Origin: Chiloscyllium plagiosum
Lineage: Eukaryota
Direction of reading: 5' to 3'
Assembly (NCBI RefSeq): GCF_004010195.1
Contig: NW_025215346.1
Coordinates: 80,636 to 109,064 of the forward strand
DNA: 28,429 nt
Within the stretch, counting starts at the first letter, position 1, and every line of letters begins with the position of its first letter. The notes under the pieces were generated by a model. It was not told where the DNA came from, did not search any database, and saw nothing but the letters and a program-made list of their open reading frames with translations. Of this stretch, positions 1 through 9,154 are shown piece by piece. The position numbers and the translations under genes were made by a program.

Positions 1-336
1 TTCTGTGACTCTATGACTCTGTGACTCTGTGATTCTGTGATTCGGTGACTCTGTGATTCTGTGATCCTGTGACTCTGTGACTCTGTGTTTCTGTGACTCT
101 GTGATTCTGACTCTGTGACTCTGTGATTCTGTGTCTCTGTGTCTCTGTGACTGTGATACTGTGACTCTGTGTCTCTGTGACTCTGTGACTTTGACTCTAT
201 GATTCTGTGACTCTGACTCTGTGACTCTGTGATCGTGTGACTCTGTGACTCTTTGACTCTGTGACTCTTTGACTCTATGATTCTGTGACTCTGTGACTCT
301 TTGACTCTATGATTCTGTGACTCTGACTCTGTGACT
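1..336. repeat. Degenerate 8-bp tandem repeat (CTCTGTGA)n with GACTCTAT/GATTCTGT variants; runs off the window start
   Basis: Directly visible periodic array. Units resemble the octamer tails of the CR1/SINE copies in this window (e.g. GATTCTGTGAT at the end of the SINE near 3383). Confidence 0.95.
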
Positions 337-504
337 TCTGGAATCAGGAGCAAGACATCAGCCGCAGTGATGAAAAAGCAAGGACTCTTAGTGGTGGCAG
401 ACCCAGAGCCTTGTCAAAGTCCTGCACTGTATTTGGCAGGCAGTTAATGAAGGTGAAGTACTTTCTTTTCACTCTTTTGGACCTCAAAATGGTGCCGTAC
501 CGTA

Positions 505-552
505 GCGACAGAACACTTTTCACTGCATCTCTCAAGATATGTGACAATAAAT
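505..552 (+). mobile_element. Possible 3' terminus of an old non-LTR element (Rex1/Babar-like tail)
   Basis: CACTTTTCACTGCATCTCTCAAGATATGTGACAATAAA resembles, from memory, a recurrent fish/shark LINE 3' end. Short and unverified. Confidence 0.25.
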
Positions 553-589
553 CGTACATTCATTCTGTCTTATTGGAGCCTGTTGCCTT

Positions 590-1095
590 CTGAAATGAGT
601 GGGAGGTGGGTATTACAGGTGATGGAAAGTGGGTGGCACAGCTGTTACTGTTGGTGCGGGGGGTCCTGCGTGAGTGAGTGGGCAGCACAGAGGGCATGCA
701 GGGTCAGTGGTGTCGGGGGGTTGGGGGCAGGTGACAGCGAGAGAGGGCAGAGGTTGCGGGTAGCAGTGAGAGTGGCAGAGCAAGAACTTTGGTTGCAGGT
801 GGATGCAGTGGCAGAGACTGGAGAGAGCGTGTGTAGGAGCAGGGAGAAGATGGAAGGGTGGAGAAGAACATTGAGCTCCTTCTCACTGAGCTGGCCGTAC
901 TTCCCAGGGGTGGCGTGTTCATTTGTGAATGGCGTGTGGTTAGATGGGGCTAGAACTGGACAAGGGGGTGGTGTACACAGTTAATGAGGCAATTCAGTAA
1001 GATAAGGTGGGAAAATTCACTCGAACTTGCAGAGTCAAACCCTCCGCAAAAACCCAATGCAATTGGCACATAAGCCAAAATGTAAAATTCAGCCC
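590..1095 (-). mobile_element. Putative PIF/Harbinger-like DNA transposon remnant (one TIR plus decayed internal sequence)
   Basis: Minus strand starts GGGCTGAATTTTAC (1095-1082), a TIR-like end. An internal minus frame near 905-862 reads GKYGQLSEKELNVLL, loosely like a Myb/SANT N-terminus. No partner TIR or TSD identified. Confidence 0.35.
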
Positions 1096-1120
1096 CATAA
1101 ACTTAAAGGACCAACAGATA

Positions 1121-1360
1121 ATCATAGCCATAGAATTCCTACAGTGTGGAAGCAGGCCATTCAGCCCATCAAGTTCACACTGACCCTCCAAAGATCATCC
1201 CAGTCATTTACCCCCTCTATAACCCTCCACTTCACATGGCTAATCCACCTCGCCTGCATATTCCTGGACACTACAGGACAATTTAGCATGACCAATCCAT
1301 GCAACCTGCACATCTTTGGACTGTGGAAGGAAACCCAGGTCCCTGGTGCTGTGAACCACC
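1121..1360 (-). mobile_element. HE1-type V-SINE, internally deleted
   Basis: Reverse complement of the V-domain (CCTGCACATCTTTGGACTGTGG) and CR1-like tail. It lacks about 80 nt, including the B box, relative to the copy at 21151-21460. Confidence 0.85.
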
Positions 1361-2212
1361 AATCCATAATACTATGGAGCAGCTAACTGAGTTAACAGGG
1401 AAGAGTTCTTCTGCAAAGACAATATAAAAATGTTAAAGGGAATCTAAAATATAATATAAATGACTGTGAACTATGGAAATTTGACATTATTTGCATTTAC
1501 CGTGATAAGTGCAAGAGTTTAAAGTGCCTCAGACTCATCTCTCTTTTCAATAATCAGTGAGTTACCCGTTTACATTAGGATGACTGTAAAATATGTACAC
1601 TTTCTAAACCCTGGTTCATTTGATTAAAAAACATTGAAACTGAGGCCTACAATTTCTCATTTTTACTTTAATGCTGGCCTTGATTACTTTAAATCAGTGA
1701 CCGTAAAACAACAGATTGTAAAATATAGATTATAGATTCAAAATTCCCAACTTCTAAGTATAATATTTGAGCAATTTCTTGTCACCAGTTTTTAAAGGGT
1801 TAATTGGTGAGTCATGCAAACAGCAACATTCCTCACACAGCAAGGCAAAGAAATACTTTTCCCAAGGTGATGTTTCTACTTACAGATGTAAACCAAGTTT
1901 GTCTCATGTTTTGTCGTTGTGACAATTTTGAAAAATACAGCCTTTATGCAACTTTTGCAGACTGTAGTTTAAGTCTAAATGCAATGAAGCTGTGTTCAGC
2001 AGTGGTCTAGCATTCTCTGCTTATTCCTGATACTGTAGCCTCATGGTTTGTTCCAAATGAAAACAAATAAGCAAATGGTCTGGCCCAGATCTGCTGATTA
2101 TCCATGTCAGTTGTGGAGTTTTTTTTAAAAAAAGCAATTTGTTAAAGAGATGCTCATTATTAAAACTGAACGGTATTAAATAAGTGGTATATAATTACGA
2201 TTTTAACGGAGT

Positions 2213-2371
2213 GAGGAAGTGGCCTTTTTTTTGGAAAACAAGCTGCTTTCGTCAACAATGAAAATCAGAGAAAAATTGCTTCAGGAAATGAAAGGGAATT
2301 TCAAACGTCAACTGTTTTATCTCAAGAAAAGGGAAGTGAGTGAACAGTCAGTGTACCACCTGTTCCTGGAA
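2213..2371. promoter_or_regulatory. Candidate haematopoietic/immune enhancer motif cluster
   Basis: GAGGAAGTG 2213-2221, GGAAATGAAA 2284-2293, GGGAATTTCA 2294-2303, AAAAGGGAAGTG 2327-2338, CACCTG 2357-2362 and TTCCTGGAA 2363-2371, all in non-repeat DNA. Motif evidence only. Confidence 0.35.
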
Positions 2372-2761
2372 ACATGTCCAAATACAAATGTTCAGTCAAC
2401 TAAACAGGTAATGGATCCAATAGGGGTTAATTAACACTGATTAGTTCTACAGAGTATTAAAGCTGGTCATGAGGGACCCAGGGTCTGTTCAAGGTAAAGA
2501 ATGGAAAATGGACAGGCCTGTGGTTCTGTAATGGGACTCAGCACTGTATAGGCTCTGGAGGCTACACATTCAGTATGAACTCAATCCTAACTTTAAACTG
2601 CGCTATCAGCTAAATGTGTAACAGACTAGTATTTTGTGTTGAAGAGAAAGCTCATAAATCTCAGGTGGTTAAAAATAAAATCAGAGGGTTCAGAGAATAT
2701 GATGCATTTTGAAGGAGATAAGCTTCGGTCGTGTGTCAGGCCTCCTGAAGTGATGGAACTG

Positions 2762-3428
2762 TTTTTTTAGGGGAGGTGGCCATCTCTGGTTAGGCAGCGT
2801 TTATTGCCCATCCCTAGTTGCCCAGAGGGTGTGGGTCTGGAGTCACATGTAGGCCAGACGAGGTAAGAATGGCGGTTTCCTTCCGGAAAGGACATCAGTG
2901 AACCAAATGGGCTTTCTCCCCCATCAATGCATTCGTAGTCATCATTAGAACCTTAATTCCCGATTCCTTACAAACTCAAATTCCACCATTTGCCACAGGG
3001 AGTTGGAACATTCCTGGTTCCTGAGTTTCTGGATTAATTTGGGATGGCACGGTGGCTCAGTGGTTAACACTGCCGCCTCACAGCACCAGGGACCCAGGTA
3101 CAATTCCACCCTCGGGTGACTGTCTCTGTGGAGTTTGCACATTCTCCCCTTGTCTGCATGGGTTTGCTCTGGTTTCCTCCCACAGTCCAAAGATATGCAG
3201 GTAAGGTGAATTGGCCATGGGAAATTGCCCATAGTGTTCAGGGATGTGTTGGTTAGATGATTATTCAGGGGAAATGTAGAGTAATAGCAGAGGGGAATGT
3301 GTCTGGGTGGGTTACTCTTCAGAGGGTTGGTGTGGACTTGTTGGGCCAAATGGTCTGTTTCCGCACTGTAAGGATTCTGTGATAATAGTCCAGCAATAAT
3401 ACCATCAGGTCATCTCCGATCTCCTCCC
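2762..3428 (-). mobile_element. tRNA-derived SINE family B (distinct from HE1), split by an HE1 insertion
   Basis: Homologous to 5512-6167 (GTGGGTCTG..., TTTCCTTCC..., GTGAACCA..., AAATTCCACCAT) and to the head at 11435-11545. Confidence 0.75.
3041..3383 (+). mobile_element. HE1-type V-SINE, full length
   Basis: tRNA head with A box TGGCTCAGTGG and degenerate B box GGTACAATTCC, V-domain TGTGGAGTTTGCACATTCTCCCC...CAGTCCAAAGAT, CR1-like tail. Confidence 0.92.
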
Positions 3429-3685
3429 CTTCAGGGAACGCTGATATTAGAGATCAAGATCGACTTGTCAATTCTGCGTGGCAGCAATCCTGGAATTTTC
3501 ACTTCATTTCTTCAATCCACTTCCCACCTCCCATCCCCCCACCCACTCCCAGCCACCCTGACATCTATCGTTGGTTACCCAGAGGAAGGCAAATTGAGTC
3601 TCAATTACTGCCAAACAGACTTTCTCTCATCTCCAATAATTAATCATTAATTCAAAATGTATCTGAAGAGAATGGTGGTGGAATA

Positions 3686-3751
3686 GTATTCAGGAGATTA
3701 ACCTTTACATCCTGAAGTCTTCAGGATAATCCTGAAAAATTGGCAACACTA
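3686..3751 (-). mobile_element. Short hAT-like non-autonomous element end
   Basis: Minus strand starts TAGTGTTGCCAA, close to the TAGGGTTGCCA TIR type. It contains the palindrome ATCCTGAAG-T-CTTCAGGAT at 3709-3727. Confidence 0.4.
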
Positions 3752-4543
3752 CCTGTGGCAACAGTGATAAGTAACGAGTACTGAGCCTAAGGGTTTGAAA
3801 GGGTGCCTTTGATTCAACTCAGGGAGTGTGAAGGTGTGTGGTCCCTGAACACAGTGCTGTATTGACTGTTTTCACTGTCCCTGCTGTCTTTAGAGATGTT
3901 GCCTCACATGCCTTCCATTGCTACTAGAAGAAGTGCAAGGGGAGTTCAATGATTCATTAATAGCTAAAGCTTGCAATGAATTCTGAGTTTCTCAAAGACG
4001 TTTTTCATGTAAGCTACTAGCTACAAATCCTTGATACAACCAAGCCCTGATACAACTTCACCATTGTGTGTGAGAGAAAGAGGGTACCTCCAATCTCTTC
4101 ACCTCCACTGTCACCAGTCACCACCACTGCACTGTCCCCTCTTGCTGTGGTGCTGCATTTTTTTACTGCTCTCTGCACAGGATCTGGCAACATCGGAGCA
4201 GAAACTAGAGGTAAAGTTGGGAATAAGACTCTGTTATCATTCAATCTAACCTGAATGTCTCTCCCATTGCATTGTTTCAGCCCCCTCAGGCATATGGCCT
4301 CCTTGGGCCATGTCTAATCCCAACCGGCGTATAACAAATAGTGAGGGGTGAACAGTAGGCTTCGGTGCGCACTGCAAAGTCTACCTGACCAAAATGGAAG
4401 TGCCAAAGGAATGACAAGGAAGTAGGAGATGCTGGGCAAGGGAATGGGGCACTCCTCTCAGAGGAGTGGCTTCCATTCAGTATGGGAGTTAGATGGAGGA
4501 CAGATGATATTCCAGTCAGTCAAGGGAGGTCAGGAGGGGTTGT

Positions 4544-4677
4544 AGTTCTGAGGAAGGGTCACTCGACGTTAACTCTGATTTCTCTCCACGGATGCTGCCA
4601 GACCGCCTGAGCTTTTCCAGCAGTTTCCATTTTCGATTCTGATTTACAGCATCCGCAGTTCTTCTGGGTTTTATTTC
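4544..4677 (+). mobile_element. Penelope-like element tail with a degenerate hammerhead
   Basis: AGTT-CTGAGGA-AGGGTCACTCGA-CGTT-AACT followed by GATGCTGCCAGACC...TTTTCCAGCA, similar to the tails at 8272, 20136 and 27774. The GAAA core is damaged. Confidence 0.7.
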
Positions 4678-5004
4678 GGGGGGGTCTAGGCTGGTTTCAG
4701 GGCTTTATCTGCGGCTAACTCATATCTGGAGTTACACCTGTGTTGTAAAACAGAGTGTTGCAGACAGACTGTGATTTTTAAAACTCGTCACTGCCCTTAT
4801 TCTAACCAGCCATTCATAAGCAGATTGTGATTTATTTTTTCTTCCTTTTTAAATTTAGCTGCCTCCCCATTCCATCTAGGTGGACTCTGAGTTTATAAGG
4901 GCGACAATAATACTTTGGGGAGTTAAATCAGAAGTCGGGTTTATTTTACACACTCTTAGACACATAAGAATGTTTCACAAAGCACATGCATTTATGGAGT
5001 GATT

Positions 5005-5500
5005 TCCTGGTCTCCTGCCCTTCGAAAAGTTAGATGTACCTTTGAGGCGTTGGGCATTGGGGGCGGGGGGGAAGTGTGGGGGTGTGTGCAGAAAATGTTC
5101 ACCAAACTGATTCCTGGTTTGTCATACGGAGACAGAATGGGCCTGTGCTCATTGTCGTTAAGCCAAATAAGAGGGGATTTCAGTGAATTATGTCAACGCT
5201 TGACAGATTGAATGCAGGCATGATGATTGTGTGTGTGTGTGTGTGTCCAGAACAAAGGATCGCAGTCCATTTTGGATTGAGATGAATAGAAATTTCAGAG
5301 GATAGTGAACTTGCAGAATTTTCTACCAGAGAAAGTTGTGGAGATCAAGTCGCTGCATACATTTTAAAAAAACTAAATAAATTTCCAGCGATTAATTGCA
5401 TTGGGGGAATGGGAAGACAGCAGGAGTGTGGCATTGAGATAAAGGATCAACCATGATGCAGAGTAGGAGTAATAAGCTGACTAGCCTACTTCTCTCTGTA
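5005..5500 (+). mobile_element. Old, highly degenerate CR1 LINE 3' fragment
   Basis: Translation VQKMFTKLIPG...MGLCSL...IRGDFSE matches the CR1 ORF2 C-terminus seen in younger copies. Confidence 0.7.
5228..5246. repeat. (TG)n microsatellite
   Basis: Directly visible. Confidence 0.9.
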
Positions 5501-5511
5501 TACTATTTCCC

Positions 5512-6167
5512 TTTATTCATTCATGGGATGAGGGCGTCAGTGGTCAGGCAGCATTTATTACCCATTCCTAATTGCCCAGAGGGCAGTTAAGAGTCAGTTA
5601 TATTGCTGTGGGTCTGTAGACTAGATCAGATAAGGGTGGAAGTTTCCTTCCCTAAACAATGGTGACTCAGCGGTTAGCACTGCTGCCTCACAGCACCAGG
5701 GTCCCAGATTCGATTCCAGCCTCGGTGACTATCTGTGTGGAGTTTGCACATTCTCCCCGTGTCTGCGTGGGTTTCCTCCGGGTGCTCCGGTTTCCTCCCA
5801 CAGTCCAAAGATGTGCAGGTTGGGTGGATTGGCCACGCTAAATTGCCCGTAGAGTTAGGTACATTAGTTAGGGGGAATGGGTCTGGGTGGGTTACTCTTC
5901 GGAGGGTCGGTGTGGACTTGTTGGGCCAAAGGGCCTGTTTCTACACTGCAGGGAATCTAATCTAATCTAATAAACATTAGTGAACCAGGTGGGTTTTTCA
6001 ACTCTCAACATTAGATTCATGGTCATCAGTAGACTCTTAATTCCAGATTTTTTTTATTATTGCATTTAAATTCCACCATCTGTCATGACGGGTTTCAAAT
6101 CCAGGACCCCAGAACGTTATCCAGGTCTCCGGATTAACAGTTCTGTGATAATACAACTGAGCCATTG
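5512..6167 (-). mobile_element. tRNA-derived SINE family B, split by an HE1 insertion
   Basis: Minus-strand tail ends CATCCCATGAATGAATAAAG. Body homologous to 2762-3428. Confidence 0.8.
5659..5970 (+). mobile_element. HE1-type V-SINE with 6-bp TSD
   Basis: A/B-box-like head, V-domain, (TCTAA)3 tail. Flanked by TAAACA at 5653-5658 and 5971-5976. Confidence 0.93.
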
Positions 6168-6941
6168 GAAGGGATAAGTCAATTATTCAACTGGCAACAC
6201 TTGAAGCGCAAAACAATTGAAGGCTGCCAATGTTCTTGCTCTTTAGATAGAGTCCAAAAGTCCAGAATTGGAGTTTGCAGTCCGGAATTCCTTACTGGAA
6301 GTTGTTGAATGGCTCTCCAGCAGTTAATGCCTTGCAAAATGTTTCTTTTCTTTAGAAATATCCACAAAGTCTTCTGAAGAAGTTTTATTAAAATCTGGCT
6401 TCGACTTGACTGTTTAGACGAAAGCAAATATTACTTGCAGAGGTCACAAATGCAGGGTGTGTTGGCTGCTTATCCTTTGTGCCCTGAAGTTAAGGTATTG
6501 CCTTTGCCCAGTAGGTATTATATGGAGCAGCACTAAGCCCTGAGCTGACTGCTATTTCAAACCGATATGTTTAAAAGGGTAGTTAAATTCAGACCTGTGG
6601 GAGTAGAGACTCCAAAGCTCCTGAAGGAGAAGTAGCAATCACCATTGAGCCAAAGACTTGCACTGCTGTGGTCAACTGTCCATGGATCATTCCAGAGATT
6701 AAGTAAAAAGTCATTAACACATCTTCTGGCAGGATAAGTGCAACTTGCAATTCTATTACCAAGGCTTTTATTTCTTGGAGGCAATCATCTCTGAAAGTGG
6801 TTCAAGCACAATAGTTAGCATTCCACATCCATCAGGAGCTATTGACGTGTTTATTTTCTGACTAATGCCCACTTCTGAGAAATGTTTGCAAGCTTTTGCT
6901 AAGACATGTCACTTGATTACATCATCCATCTTTGTTTGACT

Positions 6942-7310
6942 GTGATAGCCATGGAAGTCCACAGCATGAAAACAGGCCCTTCGGCCCAACGTGCTCATGC
7001 CGCTCAGTTTTCTCATTTGAAACTAGTCCCATTTGCCTGCATGTGCTCTGTTATACACCTACATCTTCATAACATGTCCATAATCCTCCATACCTATCCC
7101 AAACATGTACCTGTCCAAATATCTCTCAAATGACAAAATTGTAGTTACCTCTGGCAACCCGCTTCAGACACTCACCACCCTCTGTGTGAAAAATAAATGC
7201 CCCATTGGACTCTTTTGCATCTCCCCCCTCTCGCTTTAAACCTGTGCCCTCTAGTTTTAGACTCCCCCAGTATGGGGAAATGCTGTCGGCTATCTGCCAT
7301 ATCTATGCTT
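6942..7310 (-). mobile_element. CR1 LINE 3' end fragment
   Basis: ACAGGCCCTTCGGCCCAA hairpin tail and CACCACCCTCTGTGTGAAAA (FFTQRVV on the minus strand). Confidence 0.85.
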
Positions 7311-7745
7311 CCCTGAGGAAGTCAATGCCTGGTCTCCACATTTCCCAGTTTCACTTACAGGAGAGTGCTGTTGGTGCAGTCCTGGAGGGCACAATTTAAT
7401 ATTCAGCCCTTGACACTGGCGTACAGTGACCTTAGAAACTCAATGTCAAACTTCCTCAGTTGTTTATAAGTGGGATCAGCAGGCGAAACATTGGCTTTGT
7501 TTCAATGATCAGGTGTTCTGCTTTTAATTGTACACCTAGGCATATAGTGTTACTCTCCAGAGATGAGAAGCATAGAGATGAGGCATTAGGGATCCAAGTC
7601 AGGTATTTGGAAATCAAAGAAAAATAAAGACCAACGAATATAATGCTTACGAGTCAGGATCATTATCGTTCAACAATGCATAATAACACCTGCAATCTGT
7701 TTGCTAACAATGTATTTGTAGTATGCTAATCCCTAATTCCCCAAT

Positions 7746-8050
7746 GGGGTGGCATGGTGGCTCAGTGGTTAGCACTGCTACCTTACAGTGCCTGGGATCT
7801 GGGTTTGATCCCACCTTTGGGCGACTGTGTGTGGAGTTTGCACATTCTCCCCGTGTCTGCGTGAGTTTCCTTCAGGTGCTCTGACTTTCTCCTACAGTCC
7901 AAAGATGTGCAGGTTAGGTGGATTGGCCATGGGAAATGCAGGGTTACAGTGATAGGGGTGGGTCTGGGTGGGATGCTCCTCAGAGGATCGGTGTGAATTT
8001 GATGGGCTGAATGGCCTGCTTCCACAGTGTTGGGAAGCTATGATTCTAAT
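7746..8050 (+). mobile_element. HE1-type V-SINE
   Basis: TGGCTCAGTGG A box, GGTTTGATCCC B box, V-domain, CTATGATTCTAA tail. Confidence 0.92.
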
Positions 8051-8271
8051 CCTTAGATGTACCCTAGAGCAAGCTTGCAATGTGAGCTTCATAAGGTGGG
8101 AACTGGTTTAGTAAACTACAACTATTGCAAATTGCCATAATCCTCTGCTCTAGAGAACATACAATAAATGAAATATTTGGTACACTATGTTTGTGATTAA
8201 TTCACTTATTCATTTACATATATGGCAATTTACTGATTTAAATTGCTGAGCAATGGTTTGAAAACTCTTAG

Positions 8272-8386
8272 CTGAAAAATGTGTTGCTGAAAAAGGGCAG
8301 CAGGTCAGGCAGCATCAAAGGAGCAGGAGAATCGACGTTTCGGGCATAAGCCCTTCTTCAGGAATGAAGAGGGTGTGCCAAGCAGG
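8272..8386 (-). mobile_element. Penelope-like element tail (same family as 27774-28010)
   Basis: Near-identical in reverse complement to 27897-28010. Confidence 0.85.
8330..8365 (-). ncRNA. Minimal type I hammerhead ribozyme motif (intact core)
   Basis: Minus strand reads ATTC-CTGAAGA-A-GGGC(TTAT)GCCC-GAAA-C-GTC^GATT: conserved boxes, 4-bp helix II, loopless palindromic helix III (ACGU), GUC triplet, short helix I with one U.U mismatch. Confidence 0.7.
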
Positions 8387-8439
8387 TACACTTAGCCTAT
8401 GCAGTAATGATCACTGTTCTGAAAATATTGCATTTTGCT

Positions 8440-8700
8440 GGAGAATTTTACAATGTAGCATCAAGACCATTCAATCCATCCTGTCCCCGCTCACTCTTCT
8501 GTCGAGGCTTCCAATGACTCCCAGTCCCTACTCTTTCCTGTGGTTTGATAAATGTTTTCCTTCCAAGTATTTATCCACTTTAGTCGGTATTTTGAATGCA
8601 GATTGCAACTCACTGTGCTTAAAAAAAATTCTGGCCGTATTACCTTTATTTAAAGAATCAGCCCATGTCCTCTGATCACGTTGCCATGATTCAACCAGGG
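8440..8700 (-). mobile_element. Very old LINE (CR1-like) 3' remnant
   Basis: GACCATTCAATCCATC and CTCACTGTGCTTAAAAAAAATTCT resemble decayed reverse-strand CR1 3' landmarks. Confidence 0.4.
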
Positions 8701-8718
8701 AATTATTCCAATGTTCAG

Positions 8719-9065
8719 AAGGAGGTTGTCATGGAGATCAGTGGCCTTGTGGTAACAAAGATGTCCCAGCACGTTGAGGATTTCATGTCTTGTTGCAGTC
8801 AAGGCCACAGTGATGCTTAATGTTACCGTTGCTGGTACTTTCCAGGAGATATCAGTTACATTTCGCAACTCTCTGAGAAAATGTTAGAATATCATCCCCC
8901 ATTGTCAGGTGAAGTGCAGAAAGTGAGAGATCTCATATCTTATTGGGTTGCAGCACTCTCTCTGGTCCCATGAGTGGAGATATGAGGCGAAGTGAACCCC
9001 TCAATTACATTCCATGGTGTCCAGGAATGGGAAGGGATTGCATTTCCTCAATGTAGAGCTCACTG
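8719..9065 (+). pseudogene. Frameshifted fossil of a PIF/Harbinger (HARBI1-like) transposase
   Basis: Collinear peptide pieces KEVVMEISGLV (8719-), VAVKATVMLNVTVAGTFQ (8792-8845), GDISYISQ (8845-8868) and IAFP near 9037-9048. These echo the AL.FYxxGSFQ...GD..GISQ...GFP motifs of Harbinger transposases. Confidence 0.55.
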
Positions 9066-9154
9066 GTGATTACCAGGAGGGCATGGTAGTAGGAATGACT
9101 CAACGAGACATTCCAATCTGCCACATACAGTCCAATGCAATGCCTTATCCATTG

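Noticed and set aside
1..336. CRISPR-like array
   Set aside because: Contiguous 8-mers with no spacers, in eukaryotic DNA.
541..984. 147-aa plus-strand ORF as a host gene
   Set aside because: GTG start, compositional bias, no recognisable domain or splice context.
4017..4254. Three overlapping short ORFs, or a transposase N-terminus
   Set aside because: Low-complexity C-rich sequence with no motif I can support.
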